64,000 nt of DNA, taken from positions 10,458 through 74,457 of the forward strand of contig JAJPJY010000066.1 of the NCBI GenBank assembly GCA_021323995.1. Reading direction: 5' to 3'. Shown here in pieces: positions 31,413 through 39,237 of this stretch. A program made the translations under genes and the position numbers. The DNA comes from a bacterium (GTDB lineage: Archaea; Thermoproteota; Bathyarchaeia; 40CM-2-53-6). How positions within the stretch are numbered: the stretch's first letter is position 1; the number at the start of each line of letters is the position of its first letter. Under the pieces are notes generated by a model that had not been told where the DNA came from, made no database searches, and saw nothing but the letters and a program-made list of their open reading frames with translations.

Positions 31413-32094
31413 TTTGCTTGGTTTCAAGTTGTCCCGTGGACAGGAAGAATCTGTTGGGGATTCTGGGAATCGTGATATTGCCAGGCTATTCTTCGACTCA
31501 TTCTCAAAGCGCCTGGAAGGTGTAGAAACTGAAGTGCGACGGATGGAGTCAGAGTTTGAGAAGCTAAAGCTGTCGACCGACACGAATCAGATCTCTGACT
31601 TGGTTCTCCTCGAGAGGCTGCAAAAGTCGGAAGCCTTCATCAGAGAATCTCTAAGCTCCCTTAAGGTTGCGGTGGAGAAAGCTCTCGACACTGATCGGAC
31701 GGGGTCCAATCCAAGTGCCGACGGATTCCAGAATGGGAAGGTAAGGAGAATCGAGCCGGTCGCCCCAAGGGAATTGGGAATTGTGTCGCGTGTGCTGTCT
31801 CCGACTGGTGAAATTGGTTCTCTTCCATTAATAACCACTCCTACAGAGCTGCAAGTGTTGACATTGCTCGTTGCTGAGGGCCCCAAGTCGGCGCCAGAAA
31901 TTGGTCAAGCAGTGGGGCGTTCCCGTGAGCATACTGCTCGGCTGATGAAGAAGTTGTACGAGGAGGGTTACATCCGGCGGGACCAGACTCGTATTCCTTT
32001 CAGGTATTCGGTCGTAGATAGGATCAAGCAGGCTGCGAAGAAGCCTGGGGCTATGGACGAAGAGAAAGAACCGATTTCGGTTCCTCAACCCTGA
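31396..32094 (+). CDS. MarR/TrmB-like regulator with C-terminal wHTH (start likely downstream of 31396)
   Basis: C-terminus ELQVLTLLVAEGPKSAPEIGQAVGRSREHTARLMKKLYEEGYIRR. Confidence 0.5.
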   Translation: MRDVTLLLGFKLSRGQEESVGDSGNRDIARLFFDSFSKRLEGVETEVRRMESEFEKLKLSTDTNQISDLVLLERLQKSEAFIRESLSSLKVAVEKALDTDRTGSNPSADGFQNGKVRRIEPVAPRELGIVSRVLSPTGEIGSLPLITTPTELQVLTLLVAEGPKSAPEIGQAVGRSREHTARLMKKLYEEGYIRRDQTRIPFRYSVVDRIKQAAKKPGAMDEEKEPISVPQP

Positions 32095-32461
32095 CCGCGT
32101 AACTGACCGCACGTCCGTTCGCTGTTCTGTCGAGGATTCCTCGGTCAGCCAGCCTTGTAAGATACGTCGACACAGTGCTTATCGGAATCTTTTCGGAGAA
32201 CGAGGTCTCAAAGGCTTTCTTTGCCTCGAGTGCGGTGAAGCTTTTGTCTTTCAAAGTGGAAATTATTGTACTAGCAAGCCTGTCAAACTTGTGGGGAGAC
32301 ACGCTAAGGGCCGAGGCGGTACCGCGAGGAGTCCCTGCCATTATCTCCACTAGGTCTAGGAGCTTGCCAACCTTCTCGCGAGTAATCTGGCCGTCAACAG
32401 TGATGGAATGTCTCACCCCTTGGTCATCGTAGAATTCGAGTTTGAAACGGCGAGGCTTCAC
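32051..32461 (-). CDS. wHTH DNA-binding protein
   Basis: C-terminus ISTVSTYLTRLADRGILDRTANGRAVSYAV winged helix. Confidence 0.45.
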   Translation of the reverse strand: MKPRRFKLEFYDDQGVRHSITVDGQITREKVGKLLDLVEIMAGTPRGTASALSVSPHKFDRLASTIISTLKDKSFTALEAKKAFETSFSEKIPISTVSTYLTRLADRGILDRTANGRAVSYAVRVEEPKSVLSLRP

Positions 32462-32480
32462 AACAGAATACTCCGGGGAG

Positions 32481-32509
32481 GAGTTTCACACTTCACCGTT
32501 CACATGTAG
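32481..32509 (+). repeat. Candidate attL (left copy of imperfect direct repeat)
   Basis: gagtttcacacttcaccgttcacatgtag. The 18-nt core 32492..32509 matches 48335..48352 at 17/18. Triple TTCAC unit in both copies. Confidence 0.5.
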
Positions 32510-32692
32510 AAAAGAGCTTCCCTTATGCGAGTAACCATCGCAGTGAAAGCAGTCTGGTCAGATCGTCGTCATTTTCCAGTTCTTCCAGTGGAAAACCATG
32601 GCTGTACCCCATCGTTCCAATACCTGAATGCCCGGCTGTTGGTAACACAACACCCGCCCGTCCGGACTTCGTGGTTTTCGTGGAGAACAAGC

Positions 32693-33919
32693 ATGGAGAG
32701 AGATATCTCCGCGAAAGGTTGGGTCAACCAGGCTACAGAAGCGGCTACTCAGACTATCCGTATCCGCGTACTCCGAGTATGGGCTACTGCCAACGGTTGG
32801 CTCAAGATAGACCACCCTTCGAGTGCCGATATCTACATGGCGGCAGAAGAAGGGGTCGATGAGATCAATTCGAACGCTGTAAGTCTCTACGACGCCGCGA
32901 ATCGGATGCTGTCCTCGATGATGAAACGGGGATTAGGAGCATCCAACTCTGCCAGCTACTACCGGGGCAGACTAGCCGAGTTCATGAAATGGGCAAAGCT
33001 CGGTGTGGACGACACAGATTGGGACGTGTCGGTCAAGAAGATACACCGTATCGTCAGGGACGCTGGAAACCTCGACGCCAAGGGCGTAAAGTCGATGATC
33101 ATCGGGGCACGCTCCAAAAAGGGCAAGGCCCTAGTCAGCTTCGTCGCGAATACTGGCTGTCGTCCGAGCGAGGCCCTCCTTACCAAGATTTCTGATCTTG
33201 ACTTGACAAAGACACCAGCGCGTGTCCACTTCAGGGCAGAGATCACCAAGACCAGACGAGATCGATACTCGTTTCTCAGCACAGAGTGTATGAGCTTGTT
33301 GAAGGATTATTGGGGCGACAGAAAGACCGGCTACATCTTCGAGGGTCAGAAAGAGGGAACTCCAACCGACAAGTCGTCCGCTTGGGAGATGCTTCATCGG
33401 ATCATCGAAGAAGCGGGTCTGCTGGGAGAGAAGGGCGAGACTGGCACTTTCGAGATCAAACCGTACACTTTCCGAGCTTTTGCCGAGGGGGTCATGACGA
33501 CCTGTGGTATGCCGGAGAAATGGATCGACTGGTTGGTCGGGCACGGTTCAGGGGTCAAGGAACACTACCGACAGAGCGGAGTGTTCGACCGAGACATCGC
33601 CCCGGCTTGGCAAACAAAATGTAACTCAGCTTTCTGCTTCATGGCTGACACAGCTGAGACAGTCCTGAGTCTCAAGGAAGAATTAACGGAGCTGAAGAAG
33701 GGGATCGAAGTGGACAGGCAGATCATCGAGGAACAGTTTCTCAAACCGGGTATGAACGCCCCGAATCTTGGGGTCAGCACGCCACGTCCGAAGTTTGAGA
33801 CTAAGAAGATCGACAGCTCGAACGAAGAGTCTCTGGAGAAAGCTGTGGCAGAGGGATACGAACCAGTGCCAGGACTGGCGGTCAACGGGCACATCTTCCT
33901 CCGGAGAAAAGTCGCATAG
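32693..33919 (+). CDS. int: Tyrosine recombinase / integrase (start uncertain; ORF open from 32525, alternative ATG at 32837)
   Basis: TGCRPSEAL (box I Arg), KPYTFRAF, WLVGHGSGVKEHY (H..R...Y catalytic tail). Confidence 0.8.
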   Translation: MERDISAKGWVNQATEAATQTIRIRVLRVWATANGWLKIDHPSSADIYMAAEEGVDEINSNAVSLYDAANRMLSSMMKRGLGASNSASYYRGRLAEFMKWAKLGVDDTDWDVSVKKIHRIVRDAGNLDAKGVKSMIIGARSKKGKALVSFVANTGCRPSEALLTKISDLDLTKTPARVHFRAEITKTRRDRYSFLSTECMSLLKDYWGDRKTGYIFEGQKEGTPTDKSSAWEMLHRIIEEAGLLGEKGETGTFEIKPYTFRAFAEGVMTTCGMPEKWIDWLVGHGSGVKEHYRQSGVFDRDIAPAWQTKCNSAFCFMADTAETVLSLKEELTELKKGIEVDRQIIEEQFLKPGMNAPNLGVSTPRPKFETKKIDSSNEESLEKAVAEGYEPVPGLAVNGHIFLRRKVA

Positions 33920-33980
33920 AGGGTTCCTGATTTCTTGACAACTTGTCTTAGCGGAGCGTTCGAATAAGGGAGGTGATCTT

Positions 33981-34382
33981 ATGCAAAGGAAAATCGGACT
34001 AGTCGTTAGTGCGATCATCGTAGTGGCCGCGATCGGAGGAGTCTTCGGCTCTGGAATGCTGAGCCACGCACCACAGACGACTACAACTACCACGCCCAAC
34101 GTGTGCTTACATTGCTACAGTCTATCGCTGGTCAACACAACTTTCCTGAGCAACTCTACAGCGAGACTTTTCTTGAACGCCACAGCCCACCCGTTAACAG
34201 TCTACTCTTGGGAGCTTTACAACAGCACGGGCCTAGTCAGCTACGGCAACGTCAGCATCAGCATCCAACACAACGAAGTCGGTGCTGTCTCAGTATACCC
34301 AATATCCGCACCCGGCGCATACACCGTTGAAGTAACAACCACAGATCAGACCGTGTGGGCGTACACTGTCCATCGGTTGTAG
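33981..34382 (+). CDS. Secreted or membrane-anchored sequon-rich small protein
   Basis: N-terminal TM LVVSAIIVVAAIGGVFG, then a T-rich region with several NxT/S sequons. Confidence 0.4.
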   Translation: MQRKIGLVVSAIIVVAAIGGVFGSGMLSHAPQTTTTTTPNVCLHCYSLSLVNTTFLSNSTARLFLNATAHPLTVYSWELYNSTGLVSYGNVSISIQHNEVGAVSVYPISAPGAYTVEVTTTDQTVWAYTVHRL

Positions 34383-34391
34383 CCGCCTTTC

Positions 34392-34589
34392 TTAGGCTAC
34401 GACTTCTTTCTTTGGCATCGGCCAACCTCGCTGTTCGATGATCCGCTTCGCTTCTTCTGCTATCTCTGGAGTCGCGGCTCGGAGGCCTTTCTGTCCGCAC
34501 TTGCTACACTCAACAAAAGTTATTGGTTCCTTGAAGTCGAAGGTGCCGACAAAGTGGCAGTTGGGGCATTCGATCTTTTCTTGTGACAT
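34392..34589 (-). CDS. Zn-ribbon small protein
   Basis: CPNCHF...CSKCG. Confidence 0.4.
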   Translation of the reverse strand: MSQEKIECPNCHFVGTFDFKEPITFVECSKCGQKGLRAATPEIAEEAKRIIEQRGWPMPKKEVVA

Positions 34590-34591
34590 GG

Positions 34592-35587
34592 TTAGAACTT
34601 CTCGAAAGTGATCGTCGCTGTGTAGTCGAAACGACTGAACTTGTTTTGGAATCCGGCAGATGTCCCTACGCTAGTCGGGAAGTAAACGTCTGTCTTGCCT
34701 AGCCTGTTCTGTGTCGCAACGAAGCTGGTTGTAATGTCCACTTGTGAGTAACCCTGAGCCGCTCCCGGAGGGCTAATAGCTTGGAAAGCGTTGCCTTGGC
34801 CTAGACTGTCCCACACAGTAAGGATGTTTCCGTTTCCGTATCCGGTTGCTCCTGCACTGTTCAGAGCAAGCTGTGGGTAGAGGTTGTAGTGTATGTCGGG
34901 TTGATTTCCAGTCCACTTGACGCCATCTGAGCTGGTCGCTCCCGGTTCGTGCGATGGGTTCTGGTTCGCCCCGGATGTAACGATTGTAACGTCTGTACTT
35001 CCCGCAGACTGTGTGGAGAGAGCTATCCAGAAATACTGACCGGGTACGATTGGAGTCTGCGATAAGTCGAACTCTGCTGTGGTTGTTGTGGCATCGCCCA
35101 CAGGTTTCGACGTGGGCAGTTGTCCGAATGGAATCGCGACGCTTGGGCCTTTTCTCTGTGGCTCTGCAGGTATTCCGACTTTGGCGGCTCCGAGGATGGC
35201 TCCTCCTAGCGCATACAATCCCGAGATACCGGATAGAACCCAGAGATTTGATGGAACTGGCCCGGAAGAAGCTGTGGTTGTGTCGGTGTAGATTGTGGCG
35301 AAGAGTGTAGAACCGGCGTTGTAGTTAGTGTCGCTTAGGTAAGCTTCAAAGTCGAATCTCAGCCGTCCGACCGACTGTGTTGAGAAAATGAAGCGCTGTG
35401 CATAGTAGCTGGTGTCATCAACATCGGCCGACCCACCAGTCCCCGTACTTCCTATGGAGTTGTTGACATCCCACCCGTCCAGAGAATTGAGGGAGTTCTG
35501 CTTTCCAGTCTGCAGAGCGGAGAGAAGCCTTGAGGTAGTCAGGGTGACGTGCTTGATGTGGGAAGTTTCAGCGATTCGGGTTGCCAA
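34592..35587 (-). CDS. Putative virion structural or receptor-binding protein (S/T/G-rich beta protein)
   Basis: 331 aa with low-complexity S/T/G-rich composition and no enzyme motifs. Largest non-enzymatic ORF at this end of the element. Confidence 0.3.
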   Translation of the reverse strand: MATRIAETSHIKHVTLTTSRLLSALQTGKQNSLNSLDGWDVNNSIGSTGTGGSADVDDTSYYAQRFIFSTQSVGRLRFDFEAYLSDTNYNAGSTLFATIYTDTTTASSGPVPSNLWVLSGISGLYALGGAILGAAKVGIPAEPQRKGPSVAIPFGQLPTSKPVGDATTTTAEFDLSQTPIVPGQYFWIALSTQSAGSTDVTIVTSGANQNPSHEPGATSSDGVKWTGNQPDIHYNLYPQLALNSAGATGYGNGNILTVWDSLGQGNAFQAISPPGAAQGYSQVDITTSFVATQNRLGKTDVYFPTSVGTSAGFQNKFSRFDYTATITFEKF

Positions 35588-35882
35588 GTTTTTCTAATGT
35601 CTCCGACAGATACTTCTCGGTCTCAGCGAATACATAGTAGTCGTCTTGTACAAGCGCGAGTATCCACAGCTTTGCGAAATCGTCTTTGTCGAAAGCCCCG
35701 TCTTGTTCCGGTCGCCCAAGGACACAAACGAAATCGCTAGGGAAATACTGCCAGTAAACCCATAGCTCTGGATGGGCATCGGAGGGCATCAATCCTTGTC
35801 CTTCAGCTCTTTCAGTAGCTCGGGGCAGAGTAGGTGCATCTCGTCCTTGATGATGTACTTGCCGTGCGGGTCGCCCCAACAT
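35568..35882 (-). CDS. Hypothetical protein (element)
   Basis: ORF; start probably at an internal Met. Confidence 0.25.
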   Translation of the reverse strand: MLGRPARQVHHQGRDAPTLPRATERAEGQGLMPSDAHPELWVYWQYFPSDFVCVLGRPEQDGAFDKDDFAKLWILALVQDDYYVFAETEKYLSETLEKLGNPNR

Positions 35883-36007
35883 CCCTGACGTACGAGAGGC
35901 ATTACATCAAGAGCAAAGTAGAACCCTGCCGCGTCCGAGACACGCTCGAAGTACGACCTAGTCCAACGGCGAAGATCAGCGCGAGCTTCTTTCTCCTCAG
36001 TGTCCAA
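35789..36007 (-). CDS. Hypothetical protein (element)
   Basis: ATG ORF of 72 aa. Confidence 0.3.
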   Translation of the reverse strand: MDTEEKEARADLRRWTRSYFERVSDAAGFYFALDVMPLVRQGCWGDPHGKYIIKDEMHLLCPELLKELKDKD

Positions 36008-36350
36008 GTCTCAGATGCCCCACAGTGAAGTGAAGAACAGAAAGTAGAAGGCTAGTAACCCGGCGATGCCCACAGCCAACAAGAAGCGATTATGAAGTTC
36101 CAAAGCTACAACCCCGCTCTTCTAAGAGTACGTTGGTAGCGTTTCTTCCAGTCGAGGCAGACGGTCAGGACGACCTCCACCGGAGGAAGACGCCAAGACT
36201 GTATGTACCTACTCTGTGCTTTCTTGTCCAAGTTCAGATATTTCCTGTACGGTTTAGTTGGAGGCCCCGCCGCTTGATGCAGAGAAAGTTGGTGTACCAA
36301 AATCTGCCTCGCCCAGCGGCGGAGCAACCCTACCCTCCCCAGAGCAGGGC

Positions 36351-36563
36351 TCAGGAATTGGGCGAGCTTGCTTGGTATACCTTGACGATATACCCATTAA
36401 TCTCAAGAAAGCCAAAACCCCGAGCTTTGAGCTGTCGCTGAAACTCCGGGTCGTGCAATATCTCATCGGGCAGTTTGATTCGCTCCGGGAGACCTTGGCG
36501 TGGTTGGTTGACCATGATTGTACTACCTATATCCCCATACTCGCTGGGCTTGGAACCGGGCAT
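36351..36563 (-). CDS. Hypothetical protein (element)
   Basis: ATG ORF of 70 aa. Confidence 0.3.
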   Translation of the reverse strand: MPGSKPSEYGDIGSTIMVNQPRQGLPERIKLPDEILHDPEFQRQLKARGFGFLEINGYIVKVYQASSPNS

Positions 36564-36845
36564 ATCTGGAGTAGCCGAGGTAGGGATATACCCACGTTAA
36601 TTTGAGGATCGGCCGGACGCGGAGTTGAAGGTAACAGAAGTCCTACGGTAAGGGCCCATACCCTCGAGCCGTTTGACGCCATACACCCGTACGTTTCCTA
36701 TAGAACGCCTTGGCTACGCTTCGGCTACTCGTAGATGTATACCCACAATATGCTAGCACAGTGCGCACGTGAGACAAGACAACACAAGACAGACAGGGCT
36801 CGTGGTAACAGTTGTATGTGCTGTATGTACATCGCGATACGTATC

Positions 36846-37088
36846 CTACTTCTGTTCTTGTTTAGCACGCGCTCGACGCCGCTTCTCAGTATCTAGTCGA
36901 AGTCTCCATCTACGTATGTGCTCTGGATCGTCGCACGCCTTCCTGACGTATAGACGCTGACAGCGTGCACATACCTTCGAAATAGATAGTGGTGACTTCT
37001 TGGGTAGCTCAGCGATGAAGACTTTGGGCTTCGGCTTCTCGTAGGGATAATCGTCAATTGGAAAGCTTCGATGGAATGGGCTGTTCAA
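36846..37088 (-). CDS. Small basic Cys-containing protein
   Basis: CARCQ..C plus an Arg/Lys-rich tail. Confidence 0.3.
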   Translation of the reverse strand: MNSPFHRSFPIDDYPYEKPKPKVFIAELPKKSPLSISKVCARCQRLYVRKACDDPEHIRRWRLRLDTEKRRRARAKQEQK

Positions 37089-37626
37089 TCTTGAACCAGC
37101 AACCTTCGCCTTGGAATACTATGTGGACGCGCTTCAACACGCCGAACTCATCAACCTCTTGGTCGTCAACCAGTGGCTCACCATTCCACAAGGCAGTAGC
37201 CAACGACTGGTAGTCGATTGGTGTCTCTCCGCGCTTGTCAGGCAGATTCGCTTTCTTCATGTCGAGGAGGGTCTTCGTCCAATTCAGCAAAAGCTGGTTC
37301 TCGTCTGAGGTCAGCACGCTCGACTTGCCCTTCTCTGTGAGCGTCTTGATCTGGTCGTAGATTAGCTCAGCCAAAGCTGGGTCGGGCACGCCACTGACAT
37401 CTATCGGATCGGATATACTCGGACTGAAGCTTGTTGAATGCTGTTTGTGTCTAGACACGTTCATGAGGTTCAGGTCTATACCAAGCTGTTGGGCGTAGCT
37501 GACTACATCTGACAGCGTCGAGCCTCCAGCTATCCGCTTGTCAAGCAATTCTCTGATCTCGTCGCTCTGACTACAGATACGGCAGAAGCGATTTGGTTCG
37601 TAGCCTGTCAATGCCTTCTTCTCCAA
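37054..37626 (-). CDS. HTH-containing protein. Candidate regulator or terminase-small-subunit-like.
   Basis: STLSDVVSYAQQLGIDLNLMNVSRHKQ HTH-like segment. 190 aa. Confidence 0.3.
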   Translation of the reverse strand: MEKKALTGYEPNRFCRICSQSDEIRELLDKRIAGGSTLSDVVSYAQQLGIDLNLMNVSRHKQHSTSFSPSISDPIDVSGVPDPALAELIYDQIKTLTEKGKSSVLTSDENQLLLNWTKTLLDMKKANLPDKRGETPIDYQSLATALWNGEPLVDDQEVDEFGVLKRVHIVFQGEGCWFKIEQPIPSKLSN

Positions 37627-37832
37627 GTTCCTCTATCAACGCTTCCATCCAAGTAGACCTCACAGATGTCGGAAACTCTGCACGCTCTTTGATGACACCG
37701 ATTACACGCGAACCATGATGACTTCAAGTCTTGGATTGACTGGTTGTCCACATGGAAATCCGCGATGCTCTCACAGCTTGGACATTTGGCCTCGAATACA
37801 AACTCTCCAAGCCAACGAATGACTTCGATCAA
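37608..37832 (-). CDS. Zn-finger small protein
   Basis: CPSCES...CNRCHQRAC. Confidence 0.35.
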   Translation of the reverse strand: MIEVIRWLGEFVFEAKCPSCESIADFHVDNQSIQDLKSSWFACNRCHQRACRVSDICEVYLDGSVDRGTWRRRH

Positions 37833-38098
37833 GTAAACATCTTCTCGACTAACTCGAATGCATCTTTGGCGTCGGAGAAATACTGTTTCGTAATCGGGTG
37901 ATTGACTCCACGAATCGGGATTGAGTGCACGAGCTTGTCGATGCTCGTGTAGAGATTGTGCACGGCTACTTGTTGTTCGTTTGTGTTCATTCCCAATCGA
38001 TCTCTGGTTCGGCGTGTACTCTTACGACTGGCTTTGGTTTCGGTCGATGTAAGCTGGCTTCTTGGACGAAGTCGTAGTTCGGTAGCAAGTATCGCCAC
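37829..38098 (-). CDS. Hypothetical protein (element)
   Basis: ATG ORF of 89 aa, 4-nt overlap with neighbour. Confidence 0.3.
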   Translation of the reverse strand: MAILATELRLRPRSQLTSTETKASRKSTRRTRDRLGMNTNEQQVAVHNLYTSIDKLVHSIPIRGVNHPITKQYFSDAKDAFELVEKMFT

Positions 38099-38129
38099 AA
38101 GACCTGTTCAGGGTTTGCTAAGACTACGT

Positions 38130-38489
38130 TCATCGATGTGTTGTCTGACGTTGATGAGTATGCGATTTAACCTGGTAATGCACAAGCACAGGTTTCTTGC
38201 CAAGCGCGTACTTGTCTCTCTGTTCCTCAGCACACGCTGGACACATCTTCGATCCAAGGAGGCTGTCAGACGGGGAGTAACGAAGGCCGCACTCAGGGCA
38301 CTTGACTGGAAACTCAGGCTTCGGCTCGGAGTGCGAACCGAGATACTCCCATTTTCTCGAGCCAAAGTTTCGATCCAGATCACGATCCATCTTTAAGCAC
38401 TCGAACGTTGTCTGCCTCGGCTTGTCTGTTGTAATCGCTCGGCAGAGCCCGCTTGTAATCTCGGGGTTTGAGGTAGATTTGACCACCAA
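38130..38489 (-). CDS. Zn-ribbon protein
   Basis: CPECGLRYSP...CPACAEE. Confidence 0.4.
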   Translation of the reverse strand: MVVKSTSNPEITSGLCRAITTDKPRQTTFECLKMDRDLDRNFGSRKWEYLGSHSEPKPEFPVKCPECGLRYSPSDSLLGSKMCPACAEEQRDKYALGKKPVLVHYQVKSHTHQRQTTHR

Positions 38490-38566
38490 TATGTACTTCT
38501 TCGAGTCTACGTTCGTTGTCCATGATTCGAGAAGCGTGCGACTTTCGATGTCCCAAAATTACCAAC

Positions 38567-38833
38567 TCAGTTTGAGGTCAAGACGAGTTCGTAAGACGCG
38601 CTACCTCGTTGAGTAACCGTAAACGTCCATGCCGCGAAGGTTGCTCCAGCAGAAGACTTTGCTATCGCCATGATCGTGGTTCCCGCGCTCTGCAGACTCC
38701 CACAGGTTATGGTGACGCCTGCTTCCTTCGTTGGATATTTGACGAACAGGTCTTTGAGATTTGGATTGTTGGCACTCGATCCGACCGAGCCCGTTTCTCT
38801 CCAAATGCCCTCAATTACTACAGGTGTAGTCAT
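38567..38833 (-). CDS. Small beta-rich protein. Possible minor structural protein.
   Basis: 88 aa, S/T/G/A-rich. Confidence 0.3.
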   Translation of the reverse strand: MTTPVVIEGIWRETGSVGSSANNPNLKDLFVKYPTKEAGVTITCGSLQSAGTTIMAIAKSSAGATFAAWTFTVTQRGSASYELVLTSN

Positions 38834-38998
38834 GTCGTTTCACTTGTTATTACAAACGGCTCGTTTTCCTGCACTCGCACGAGCCCGAGCGAGTGGAATG
38901 TTGGTGCTGGATGACAGAACAGCACGAAGCAAGTATGAAAGTGCTGGCTTATTTATTCAGGAGTCCAGCTTCCTGACTGATTGGTGCGCGGATCAGTT

Positions 38999-39232
38999 CT
39001 AGTCAGTCGTGCCGCCGAATACAAACTTGTATCGTCTTCCGAAGATCGCGATACCTTCTGTTCTTGCAAACTGAAACTCGATCTTCCATCGGACGAACGT
39101 GACTCCGAACAGATTCCAGATGTGTTGGTAAGTGTTGCAAGCAGATGTCTCTACTTCGTCCGTCATGAAGTCGAGAGCTGTAATCTTGCCGACATCAACA
39201 GCCAAGTTCAGATATGGTATACGAGCGTACAA
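38999..39232 (-). CDS. Hypothetical protein (element)
   Basis: 77 aa ORF immediately downstream of the protease-like gene. Confidence 0.25.
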   Translation of the reverse strand: MYARIPYLNLAVDVGKITALDFMTDEVETSACNTYQHIWNLFGVTFVRWKIEFQFARTEGIAIFGRRYKFVFGGTTD

Positions 39233-39237
39233 GCGTT

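Noticed and set aside
22673-32480. tRNA-Pro as the attachment site of the integrated element
   Set aside because: About 10 kb of core-type genes (parA-like, ogg, pyrI, orc1, DUF99) separate the tRNA from the integrase, and the direct repeats that bound the element (32481/48321) are unrelated to the tRNA 3' end.
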